A stretch of 64,000 nt of DNA. Origin: an uncultured Rhodothermales bacterium (lineage in GTDB: Bacteria; Bacteroidota; Rhodothermia; Rhodothermales; UBA10348). Under the pieces are notes generated by a model, which was not told the origin of the DNA, searched no databases, and was given only the letters and a program-made list of their open reading frames with translations. Each line of letters opens with the position of its first letter. Position 1 is the stretch's first letter. Below are positions 10,330 to 19,388 of the stretch, piece by piece. The stretch covers positions 42,036-106,035 of the forward strand of contig CAYLHF010000008.1 of assembly GCA_964383365.1 (NCBI GenBank), written 5' to 3'. A program made the translations under genes and the position numbers.

Positions 10330-11016
10330 ATGTCATCAGTCGTTGATACGCCTTCATTCTTCAGCCCGCTGATCGAATTGGCAACCGAACTCTCCTCCCA
10401 GTGGCACGACGGAACGTACAGGAAGAATCGTTGGCGGGATCGTCCGTTCGAGACTCCGGGAAATGAGCATGTAAGAGTCCCGGTAATGGCTCATGTGACA
10501 AGCGTGGCCATGATCGTTCAACGAGCCGGATGGGATGACGTAACCATCGCTGCCGCGTTCTTGCACGACGTCATCGAGGACGCTAACCGATTCGGGTCCG
10601 AGTTGAGAGCGCAGGATCTGGCATCCACCATCGGCACGGAAGTAACAGAGCGGGTGCTGGAAGTTACCGAGGACAAATACGATACCCAGGGGAAACCGCG
10701 TCCGTGGAAAATCCGAAAAGTGGACTATTTGTCCCGACTCGAGACGGCATCGGACGAAGGAGTCGCGATCAGTGTCGCCGACAAATTGCATAATTGCTGG
10801 ACCATGAACCGGGCCATGGCACGCGGCATGAACATCTTCGTACGAGGTCCTCATCGCTCTGCGCTCAATGCGGGACCGGAAGAGCAGATCTGGTATTTCA
10901 GAGAGGTGCTCAGAATTGTCCACTCCCGAACCGATGACCGGCTGACACGGCTGGGGGTCCGCCTGGCTGACGAAGTCGACCGATTCGAAGAATATGCCCG
11001 GTCATTCGAGGTCTGA
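10330..11016 (+). CDS. HD-domain hydrolase, RelA/SpoT-like (small alarmone hydrolase-like)
   Basis: 'AAFLHDVIEDA', 'VLEVTEDK' and 'VADKLHN' follow the SpoT/Mesh1 HD hydrolase motif order. Confidence 0.65.
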   Translation: MSSVVDTPSFFSPLIELATELSSQWHDGTYRKNRWRDRPFETPGNEHVRVPVMAHVTSVAMIVQRAGWDDVTIAAAFLHDVIEDANRFGSELRAQDLASTIGTEVTERVLEVTEDKYDTQGKPRPWKIRKVDYLSRLETASDEGVAISVADKLHNCWTMNRAMARGMNIFVRGPHRSALNAGPEEQIWYFREVLRIVHSRTDDRLTRLGVRLADEVDRFEEYARSFEV

Positions 11017-11064
11017 ACGTGCTGTCTTTCGCTACATTCCTGTATTGATCTTCTGAACCCAAGT

Positions 11065-13770
11065 ATGGCTGACTACCCATTTTCATCGATAGAATCCCGC
11101 TGGCAATCCTTTTGGGAAGAGAATCGGACATTCAGAGTCGCCGATGTCCCCGATACGTCCAGACCAAAATTTTACGTGCTGGACATGTTTCCTTATCCCA
11201 GCGGTGTCGGACTGCATGTAGGGCATCCACTTGGATATATCGCGACCGATATCGTGGCCCGGTATAAGAGGATGAAGGGGTTCAACGTGTTGCACCCCAT
11301 GGGATTCGATGCATTCGGACTTCCCGCAGAGCAGTTTGCCGTCGAACATGGTGTGCATCCCAAGGTCACCACCGAGAAGAACATCGATAATATGCTCCGA
11401 CAGCTCAAGGCCATCGGCTTGAGCTATGACTGGGACCGAAAGATTGCCACGACGGACGTCGATTACTATCGGTGGACGCAATGGATTTTCCTCAAGCTGT
11501 ACAACAGCTATTACGATGACGAAAAAGGAGTAGCCAGGCCCATCGAGTCCCTGGTGGAACATCTGGAAAAACAGGACGAGACATTCAGATCATCAACGCA
11601 TTCGGAGCGCGAGCAGATCCTGTCAGGATATCGTCTGGCCTATCTCGCCGAGGTTCCGGTGAACTGGTGTCCCGCTCTGGGAACGGTCCTCTCGAACGAA
11701 GAGGTCACGAATGAAGGACGTAGCGACCGGGGGAATCATCCGGTCTTCAAGCGTCCATTGAAGCAGTGGATGCTTCGCATAACGAAATATGCGGATCGGC
11801 TTCAGGATGATCTCGATGGGGTAGACTGGCCGGAGCCTACCAAAATAATGCAACGCAACTGGGTCGGACGGAGTGAAGGCGCTCATGTCGATTTCGACGT
11901 TGCGGGGTTGGACGCCACCATCCGCGTGTTCACAACGAGACCCGATACCCTCTTTGGCGCAACGTACATGGTGCTCGCGCCCGAACACGAACTGGTCGAC
12001 CGTCTCGTTTCTCCCGACTATGCTGACGCAGTCCATGCGTACCGGAAGGAGGCATCCGCCCGGACCGACCGGGACCGGATGGCCGACTCCAGGAATAAGA
12101 CCGGGGTATTCACGGGATGCTTTGCAATCAACCCGGTCAATCAATCGAAAATCCCGATCTGGATTGCCGACTATGTCCTCATGGGGTACGGTACGGGGGC
12201 CATCATGGCCGTCCCGGGGCAGGACGAAAGGGACTGGGAATTTGCGAAGACATTTAGTCTTCCGATCATTCGAACGGTCCAGCCACCGGCTGATTTCGAC
12301 GGCGATGCCTATACAGGACCGGGGCCTGCCATCAATTCGGCATTTCTGGATGGACTCCAGATCGAGGAAGCCAAGTCCAAAATGATAGACTGGCTGGTGG
12401 AAAAAGGGCTGGGAGAAGGAACCATCACGTATAAGCTGCGGGACTGGTTGTTCAGTCGTCAGCGTTATTGGGGAGAGCCGTTTCCCATACTTCACGCGCC
12501 GGACGGATCCATCCGGGCGGTCGAGGAGACCGATTTACCGGTCACGCTTCCGCCCATGGACGACTTCCGTCCGACCGCATCAGACGACCCTGACGCCCCG
12601 CCGCGCCCGCCCCTCAGCCGCGCTCCTCAATCGTGGCGATACCCGGTGATCGATGGCGTCCGATACGAACGGGAATTAAATACGATGCCCCAGTGGGCGG
12701 GCTCTTGCTGGTACTATCTGAGATTTATCGACAACAACAATCAGGATCGGTTTATTGACCCTGGCAAGGAAGCCTACTGGATGGGGGACAACGGGGTCGA
12801 TCTGTATATCGGTGGGGTTGAACACGCAGTTCTACATCTGCTTTACGCACGATTCTGGCACAAAGTACTGTTTGATCTGGGGTACGTATCGTCGTCCGAA
12901 CCATTTGGCCGTCTGTTCAATCAGGGATACATTCAGGCCTATGCGTACCGGGATGCCCGTGGAATCGCCGTAGACGCAACGCGCGTCGTGGACCAGGACG
13001 GACACCCGGCGAATGAAGTTCAGGATCAGCCGAATCGCGAATTCTCGATCGATGGAGAACCGGTCACGCAGGAATATGGCAAGATGGGCAAAAGCCTGAA
13101 GAATGCGGTCGGTCCGGATGAAATCAACGAACGCTATGGCTGCGATACCCTTCGACTGTACGAGATGTACATGGGGCCGCTGGATGCATCCAAACCGTGG
13201 AATACCCGGGATATCATCGGAGTCAATCGCTTTCTGAGGCGCGTTTGGAGAAACTTCGTCGATGAGGATACCGATACGACCCTGGTCGGAGACGTAGAGG
13301 CGACGACGGAACTCCAGAAAGAACTCCATCGAACAATCGCGCGTGTATCGACCGATATGGAGCGTATGAGCTTCAACACGGCGATCGCCGCCCTCATCGA
13401 GTTTACGTCGCATCTTGTTCCTCTGGATTTGCTCCCGGTGACCGTTGCCGAACCGTTCGTCCTGATGTTGGCGCCGTTGGCCCCTCACATGGCAGAGGAA
13501 TTGTGGCATCGAATGGGGCATGCCGAATCCCTCGCCCATGAAGACTGGCCCGTCGTGAACCAACAGTTGCTCGCTTCAGATTCTGTCCGGATGGCCGTAC
13601 AGGTAAACGGTAAAGTCCGAACGACTATATCCGTAGGTCCGGAAGAGACAAAAGACGCTGTACTGGAACGCGCTAAAGCGGACGAGAATGTGGCGAGACA
13701 TCTGGAGGGAAAACAGATCCGACGGGAAATCGTGGTTCCGGGAAGAATCGTCAACCTGGTGGTCGGATGA
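11065..13770 (+). CDS. leuS: Leucyl-tRNA synthetase
   Basis: 'FPYPSGVGLHVGHPLGY' (HIGH region) and 'KMGKSLKN' (KMSKS region). A CP1 editing region is present. Length 901 aa. Confidence 0.97.
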   Translation: MADYPFSSIESRWQSFWEENRTFRVADVPDTSRPKFYVLDMFPYPSGVGLHVGHPLGYIATDIVARYKRMKGFNVLHPMGFDAFGLPAEQFAVEHGVHPKVTTEKNIDNMLRQLKAIGLSYDWDRKIATTDVDYYRWTQWIFLKLYNSYYDDEKGVARPIESLVEHLEKQDETFRSSTHSEREQILSGYRLAYLAEVPVNWCPALGTVLSNEEVTNEGRSDRGNHPVFKRPLKQWMLRITKYADRLQDDLDGVDWPEPTKIMQRNWVGRSEGAHVDFDVAGLDATIRVFTTRPDTLFGATYMVLAPEHELVDRLVSPDYADAVHAYRKEASARTDRDRMADSRNKTGVFTGCFAINPVNQSKIPIWIADYVLMGYGTGAIMAVPGQDERDWEFAKTFSLPIIRTVQPPADFDGDAYTGPGPAINSAFLDGLQIEEAKSKMIDWLVEKGLGEGTITYKLRDWLFSRQRYWGEPFPILHAPDGSIRAVEETDLPVTLPPMDDFRPTASDDPDAPPRPPLSRAPQSWRYPVIDGVRYERELNTMPQWAGSCWYYLRFIDNNNQDRFIDPGKEAYWMGDNGVDLYIGGVEHAVLHLLYARFWHKVLFDLGYVSSSEPFGRLFNQGYIQAYAYRDARGIAVDATRVVDQDGHPANEVQDQPNREFSIDGEPVTQEYGKMGKSLKNAVGPDEINERYGCDTLRLYEMYMGPLDASKPWNTRDIIGVNRFLRRVWRNFVDEDTDTTLVGDVEATTELQKELHRTIARVSTDMERMSFNTAIAALIEFTSHLVPLDLLPVTVAEPFVLMLAPLAPHMAEELWHRMGHAESLAHEDWPVVNQQLLASDSVRMAVQVNGKVRTTISVGPEETKDAVLERAKADENVARHLEGKQIRREIVVPGRIVNLVVG

Positions 13771-14528
13771 GCATGGATCGTGATCTCACCTATGATGTCC
13801 TCGCATTCGCGGCGCATCCCGACGATGTCGAACTCTTTGCAGGAGGCACCGTTTGCCGGCTCGTCGAACTCGGATACCGGGTCGGTGTCGTTGACCTGAC
13901 GCGGGGGGAGCTGGGGTCGCGAGGAACCCCTGAGATACGTGCCGATGAGGCGCGCGCAGCGACGTCTGCCATGGGCATAGGTGGACGATGGAATCTGGGG
14001 CTTTCGGATGGAGACATTCAGAATACGCCGGAGAATCGTCTACTCGTGATAAGGGAATTGCGGCGACATCGGCCCGATCTGCTGCTCATCAATGCACCTG
14101 AATGTCGCCATCCTGATCACGGCGCGGCCGCCAGGCTCGTCGGCGACGCCGTGTTTTACAGCGGACTGACTCGAATAGCGTGCGGGACTGAAGAAGGCGA
14201 CGAACTGCCCCCCTGGCGGCCGCACCACGTCCTGCACTACATGCAGAACGTGCCATTCGTGCCTACGCTCATCGTTGATGTCAGTGAATCGTGGGAGCGT
14301 CGAATGAAAGCAGTCATGTCGTATGCTTCTCAGTTTTACGATCCCGGGTCAGACGAGCCAGAAACGTTTATCTCGAATCCCGATTTTCTGAAGTGGATCG
14401 AGGCGCGGGCGCGAACGTATGGATACCGAATCGGAGCCACGTACGGAGAACCTTTCCTGTACCGCCATGGTCCCATGGGGACCGATGATCCGGTTGCCAT
14501 GTTAAGGAAGAAAAAACCCTTCAGATAG
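13767..14528 (+). CDS. bshB1: PIG-L family N-acetylglucosaminyl deacetylase, bacillithiol BshB1-like
   Basis: 'VLAFAAHPDDVELFAGGT', 'DLTRGELGSRGT' and 'HPDH'. Overlaps the leuS stop (ATGA). Confidence 0.75.
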   Translation: MSMDRDLTYDVLAFAAHPDDVELFAGGTVCRLVELGYRVGVVDLTRGELGSRGTPEIRADEARAATSAMGIGGRWNLGLSDGDIQNTPENRLLVIRELRRHRPDLLLINAPECRHPDHGAAARLVGDAVFYSGLTRIACGTEEGDELPPWRPHHVLHYMQNVPFVPTLIVDVSESWERRMKAVMSYASQFYDPGSDEPETFISNPDFLKWIEARARTYGYRIGATYGEPFLYRHGPMGTDDPVAMLRKKKPFR

Positions 14529-14533
14529 GGAGT

Positions 14534-16423
14534 TCAATTGTCCCAACTCAGCACGAATCGTGTGATTCCCTGAGATAGCTCGGGAAGTACCACCCGGACG
14601 GATTTATTGTCGTCATTCTCGTAGACTTTGCCGTCCCCCCCACTGATTCTGAAGTCACCCAGGTCCTTCTGTCTCGGAAATCGGATCTCCAGCGTTACTC
14701 CTGAAATGGGATCCGGCCAGTCATAATCGATATCTACGTACATCTCGTCCCTACCCAGAGATGTGATCAATGGACGAACGTGCGAACGCTTTCGCCACCA
14801 GATCAAAATTTCTGAAACGCTCGTGATCCAAGACCCGTCGAGACGCGCCCGACTCAACGTCGCCTCGAAATCAGCCGCCCGTACCGATCGGGCGTCATAG
14901 AGTTCAGGATAAAACGGAACCACGTACATCCCCCGCGCTTCGCGGATGATTTCATAGGTCGCTTCGAACGACGATGCCAGGTCCTCGGCCAGTGGAATCG
15001 TCGAGATAATCTTGGGGAGTGGAGGAGGGCCCGCCGGCGCCGCCTCTGCTGTCTGGCCGGGGACGAAGAGTGATACGGTTTCATCCGGTTCTTCCGGTTC
15101 TTTCAGCCGCTCCCGGTAGTCCACCTGGGACCACCAGTCCACGATACCCGGAGTCAGGCTGGGTGTGCCGGAGAGGACCATGTATTCGAGGCCCATGTTA
15201 TCCATTGTACGAACCGTATTGCCGTCATAGAATCCTCCAGGAGGATATAATCCGTGGGGTTTAGGAAGACCCAATTCCCCCATCGCCTGCATCAGTCGAC
15301 TGCGTTGAACTTCAAAAGGCTGACCTTTCAGGACGTGATCGTCCTCTCCGGCCAGGCCGATTTCGCCGTCATTGATGGCCCGTCCGTACAGATCCTGAAA
15401 CGACGTGATCTCGTCTGACGTGAAGAAAAATGTGGTATGGACGTGCTGTTCTTCGAGCACATCGAGCATATGCTCCAGACCATCGATATACTGAAGCGCA
15501 TTGAACCCGACGGAGGGAAGTGATGCAACGGAAAATGCGGTAGGATTCCCGTTCGGCCACGGCCCGACTGAAACAGTCGTCGAACCGACCAGGTCGGCTA
15601 TCGCGTTCACGACGAGTGTCTGATAGTGCTGCTGTTGCTCGGGTTCCTTGCTGACTTCGTGCGGATGAAAGCGAGACCAGAAATAACGTCCCTTTTCGCT
15701 TTCGCCGGTAAGAAGTAACGTTACATCGTCAAACGCTGCCTGATCATCCGGCTGATAGGCGGTCGGTCTCCCGACTGCTCGACTGGTACCCGGACGCGCT
15801 GCGGACATCGGGATCTGGGCGGCAATATTGAGACGGTACCCCATGGGAATTCCGTCCCCCAAAGGCGTATTTCCATCAATCGACTGGAGAATTCCAAACG
15901 GCTGCGACGGCAGGTTTTCCACATACTCGGCGCCGAACAGTTCTTCGAAGACGGCACCTCCACGTCGGACACCCTCTTCATCATAGACCCCGGTACGACC
16001 CGATGCGATAACACCGCCACCATCGTGCAGATAATCCACGATGCGATCTTTCTGCCTTTCGGACATCGACGCCACGCCCGGCAGAATAATCACCTTGTAA
16101 TCGGAGGAAATACCTCGCGAGAGATCTCGATCGTCCAGGACCCGGTACTTGAGCCGTAGTCCGAGCAGCAGCAGTTCCCAATAATACACGGCATCACGCA
16201 CGATGGCCTCTCCGTTGGGCACATACGTCGCCGTCTGATTGGACCGGAAGACGGCGATGTGAACGTCCGTATCCTCCCGCAACGCGTCAATATTGTGGGC
16301 TACGGTCCTCGATGGGGCTTCCATCTGAACGAATTGAGCGACCGCCTGCGCCCTGGCGGTCCTGACGCCGGGCGCACCCAGGAGAACAACCAGCAGTGGT
16401 ACTATGAATCGAGTCTTACGCAT
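14534..16423 (-). CDS. Secreted EPS-locus protein with an N-terminal class-I GATase/Glyco_hydro_42M-like domain and a NodB (polysaccharide deacetylase)-like domain
   Basis: Signal peptide 'VPLLVVLLGAPGVRTARAQA'. 'VIILPGVASMSERQKDRIVDYLHDGGGVIASGRTG' resembles GATase-like folds. 'HTTFFFTSDE...GRAINDGEIGLAGEDDH' has NodB-like spacing, but no canonical TFDDG motif is evident. It is a paralog of the adjacent 768-aa protein and the last gene of the operon. Confidence 0.55.
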   Translation of the reverse strand: MRKTRFIVPLLVVLLGAPGVRTARAQAVAQFVQMEAPSRTVAHNIDALREDTDVHIAVFRSNQTATYVPNGEAIVRDAVYYWELLLLGLRLKYRVLDDRDLSRGISSDYKVIILPGVASMSERQKDRIVDYLHDGGGVIASGRTGVYDEEGVRRGGAVFEELFGAEYVENLPSQPFGILQSIDGNTPLGDGIPMGYRLNIAAQIPMSAARPGTSRAVGRPTAYQPDDQAAFDDVTLLLTGESEKGRYFWSRFHPHEVSKEPEQQQHYQTLVVNAIADLVGSTTVSVGPWPNGNPTAFSVASLPSVGFNALQYIDGLEHMLDVLEEQHVHTTFFFTSDEITSFQDLYGRAINDGEIGLAGEDDHVLKGQPFEVQRSRLMQAMGELGLPKPHGLYPPGGFYDGNTVRTMDNMGLEYMVLSGTPSLTPGIVDWWSQVDYRERLKEPEEPDETVSLFVPGQTAEAAPAGPPPLPKIISTIPLAEDLASSFEATYEIIREARGMYVVPFYPELYDARSVRAADFEATLSRARLDGSWITSVSEILIWWRKRSHVRPLITSLGRDEMYVDIDYDWPDPISGVTLEIRFPRQKDLGDFRISGGDGKVYENDDNKSVRVVLPELSQGITRFVLSWDN

Positions 16424-16432
16424 TCGCTTCCG

Positions 16433-18739
16433 TTAGTTCTTGGCGAAGCGGGCGGAGTACTCCGGTCCCAGCAGGTCGATGTGGAAAATCCGATACTGTT
16501 GCGGTTTCAGCTCTTTGATAGACAGTTCCAGCACGGTCCCGTTTTCTTTGAGCTGGTATGGTGGAATATCGATATCGTCGGGTATCGGTTTGAAAATATT
16601 GATCAACTCCGGTCGGATGTGAACCGACGTCGCGGGTAGGCCAAGCGAAATACTCACCGTCGCGTGTTCGGCTGTGTGTCCGTTGTCATTCGACACCCGG
16701 ACAAAAATACGAGATGGGCTTCTCTGTTCAACATCCGCATTCAATCCCTTGTGAATGCGCCACCAGGCAGCAATCGAATCGCCTGATGCGATCCAGAAAT
16801 TGTCCTGCTTCAGTCGGCGAACGATCGTTCTGAGCGTCCCCAGATTGGACGTATTTCCGAGCAGTTCGGGAGAGTAAATAAGGTTGTAGAGACTGCCTTC
16901 GTATTGAATACGATTCAAACTTTCGAGCATGAGACCGGATACCAGGTCGGGGGATTGACCCTCCAGACCGTTCATGATATCCCGGTCACTCTTGACCGTC
17001 ACGCCGATCCTTGTAAGAGTTTCAAATGGAAATCCCATAATTTTCGGAACGTTTCGACGGCCGATGGAATCAGGAATGAAGTAGGTGTAGTCGGATTCGG
17101 TCAGGCCGCCCATCGTGTTCCGGCCCAGTATTCCCCGTTCGGTCGAACGATAGCCGCGTACCGGTCCACCCACGACTCCCTCGAGCATGGTTCGAAGTCG
17201 ATTCAGGCGCCGCTGCTGTTTCTCCACGGTTCCGTCCGCCTCGACGCGAAGTGAGTCATAGACCCCGACGTCTCCCTGTTTATAGAGTCGTCGCAGGAGT
17301 TGACCATGTCTGGAAGCCTGTTCGGGCGGAACCAGGTAGGTACCGGGAACGCCCTCCTCATCGAGTACGTCTGCAACCGCCCTGAACCCGTCAATCGCAT
17401 TCTCTGTGGTTCCCGTAATCATGGCTGCGGCTTCATGCGGGTACGGCCAGTCGTGCATCCATATGATGGGCTGACGGCGGAGATAATTGATCACGTTCGC
17501 AGAGAAAATTCCAAGCCTTTGCCAGTCCTCAACGTCCCGGGGGCCCGTTCCCATGGCATTTCTCTGGAACCCCATGTACACAAATCGACCCTTTCCGTAT
17601 GTCCCGTAAACGAGACCGGTCGAACCGTCTATTATATCGCTTCCGCCGAAGTCATCCGTAGCAAAATCATACCAGAAACCGGCAGCTGCGACTCGGTCGG
17701 GTTCCCGGACACTCACCCGGACTCCCGGATTGTACACCTGGATTTTTACCCGATAACCACTCGGAATTACCGCCGTAAGTGGTGTATTTCCGCGCCATGT
17801 AAAACGTCTTATCCCGGCACTCGTCCGGGGATAGGGAATTTCCTGTTTGCGATCACCGCCCGTCCAGGTAAAATAGGTTACCAGTACGGCATCCTGTACT
17901 TCTACGCGCCCATCCAGCCCCCTGAGAGGTGCCGTAATATTCCAGGCCCGGGCAAAATCAACCGTCGGACGAGCCGAATTCAACGTGTCAAACCACGCGT
18001 AATCCTGCAATGGTGCGAAATCGGCGTCTTCTGCCAGACGCTGGTTTACCTCTCTGAGTTGTGCCTGTTCTTCATCAACCGGAGCGAAAACGCCTTCATT
18101 ACTCTTATTGAAAATATAATCCGGCACATAGATTCCTTCGGGGGTATGACCCGGGAACGTGTCTGCATAGATTCGATAGTTTCCGACTCCGCGCTCGACA
18201 AACCCTTCGAAATTGACTCCGAACGTATCCTCGATAAAGTCCCAGCCACGCCAGGTCCCGTCTTCGTAGTAGACTCCGGCAGTCCAGGAAGCGAGGACGC
18301 TGCCGCCGTTATTCATGAACTCCTGAATGCGTGCAATCTCACGATCGCTCATGGCCCGAACAGACGGAAGAATCAGCACATCGAATTTGTCCAGATCGCC
18401 ATACTCCAGATCCTCGTCGTTGATATCCATGAACGGAATTCGACGATCCTTGTCGATTAAAAATTCACGCCAGGACAGGAGGGTCTGGTCGACCCAGGTC
18501 GTTGTCGTATCCCGTAGATTCAGCGCTCTGTGGGCGCGTCGGGTATAGTCGCTGTTAAGAAGAGCTACCCGCGGGCGGTTGTCTACACCGATCTGCGTCG
18601 GAGAGGCCTCCGTTATACTGAATGCGCCGAGGGCACTCTCGAGAAGCAAAATGTATACAAGGATTCCTGCCGCCAGTGCCGTCACACCCAGCGTCAGGAA
18701 CCAGAATACATTTATTCTATCGAGTCGTGCTACCCGCAT
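16433..18739 (-). CDS. Membrane-anchored EPS-locus protein, paralog of 14534..16423 (GATase-like plus degenerate NodB-like domains)
   Basis: N-terminal anchor 'FWFLTLGVTALAAGILVYILLL'. 'DVLILPSVRAMSDREIARIQEFMNNGGSVLASWTAG' parallels the neighbouring protein. The region 'AAAMITGTTEN...GVPGTYLVPP...KQGDVGVYD' aligns to NodB motif positions but is degenerate. Confidence 0.55.
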   Translation of the reverse strand: MRVARLDRINVFWFLTLGVTALAAGILVYILLLESALGAFSITEASPTQIGVDNRPRVALLNSDYTRRAHRALNLRDTTTTWVDQTLLSWREFLIDKDRRIPFMDINDEDLEYGDLDKFDVLILPSVRAMSDREIARIQEFMNNGGSVLASWTAGVYYEDGTWRGWDFIEDTFGVNFEGFVERGVGNYRIYADTFPGHTPEGIYVPDYIFNKSNEGVFAPVDEEQAQLREVNQRLAEDADFAPLQDYAWFDTLNSARPTVDFARAWNITAPLRGLDGRVEVQDAVLVTYFTWTGGDRKQEIPYPRTSAGIRRFTWRGNTPLTAVIPSGYRVKIQVYNPGVRVSVREPDRVAAAGFWYDFATDDFGGSDIIDGSTGLVYGTYGKGRFVYMGFQRNAMGTGPRDVEDWQRLGIFSANVINYLRRQPIIWMHDWPYPHEAAAMITGTTENAIDGFRAVADVLDEEGVPGTYLVPPEQASRHGQLLRRLYKQGDVGVYDSLRVEADGTVEKQQRRLNRLRTMLEGVVGGPVRGYRSTERGILGRNTMGGLTESDYTYFIPDSIGRRNVPKIMGFPFETLTRIGVTVKSDRDIMNGLEGQSPDLVSGLMLESLNRIQYEGSLYNLIYSPELLGNTSNLGTLRTIVRRLKQDNFWIASGDSIAAWWRIHKGLNADVEQRSPSRIFVRVSNDNGHTAEHATVSISLGLPATSVHIRPELINIFKPIPDDIDIPPYQLKENGTVLELSIKELKPQQYRIFHIDLLGPEYSARFAKN

Positions 18740-18753
18740 CAGTTGTTTCGTTC

Positions 18754-19167
18754 TTATAGCCAGGCATATCCGTCATCTGGCTTCCGCTCAGACTCCCGAT
18801 TATCTTCCTGGCGGCCAGGTTCTTCAGGACGAACGGGCACGAAGCCCTCGTCCGTGTATTCCCAGAAAAGAGAATTTTGCGGTTCAGGCGCCTGAACCTG
18901 AGGCTGGACTACAACCGGGGGCGCTGTTGTCTGCGTCGCCGGTGCGACGTAGACATTGGTCTGCGCCGGCTGGGCCTCGATGGCCGCGACCTGCTGCTGA
19001 GGAGTCAACAACACGTGCGGCTCGCGCTGAGCAATGGACGTGGCACCGCCTTCCTGATACGAGCGACGCTCGCGGATCTTGTACAGGATGTACGCGGCAA
19101 CGGCCAGGATAAATGTCGCGATCGTACCGACAAGGATGATCGTTGATAAAATTGGAACGAGTTCCAT
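18754..19167 (-). CDS. Small single-pass membrane protein with Q/P-rich tail (possible PgaD-like accessory subunit)
   Basis: 'MELVPILSTIILVGTIATFILAVAAYILYKIRERR' followed by the low-complexity 'QQQVAAIEAQPAQTN...PPVVVQPQVQAPEPQ'. The stop is 14 nt upstream of the next gene's start. Start chosen at Met 19167; the listed ORF begins at 19224. Confidence 0.5.
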   Translation of the reverse strand: MELVPILSTIILVGTIATFILAVAAYILYKIRERRSYQEGGATSIAQREPHVLLTPQQQVAAIEAQPAQTNVYVAPATQTTAPPVVVQPQVQAPEPQNSLFWEYTDEGFVPVRPEEPGRQEDNRESERKPDDGYAWL

Positions 19168-19195
19168 GGTAACGGAGAGTCTATTCGAAAACGGG

Positions 19196-19381
19196 CTAAA
19201 TGCTTGTCGATCCTTCAACCGCAATCATTGTGCCCAAAACGCGTAATGAGTGATAAATGACCTTTTCAGGGTGTTTGCGACCCATAGTTCGTCTCATTTC
19301 CGGCATTTGATCCGTTATGAGACAAATCGAATCGGGAGAAAGGCGCTGACCGCTGTCAATATGTTCCAGGGCTGATTTCAT
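19196..19381 (-). CDS. Hypothetical 61-aa ORF immediately downstream of the GT2 synthase
   Basis: Its ATG lies 7 nt after the GT2 stop and it fills the gap to the next gene. I recognised no motif, so it may be non-coding. Confidence 0.3.
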   Translation of the reverse strand: MKSALEHIDSGQRLSPDSICLITDQMPEMRRTMGRKHPEKVIYHSLRVLGTMIAVEGSTSI

Positions 19382-19388
19382 GCAGTCA

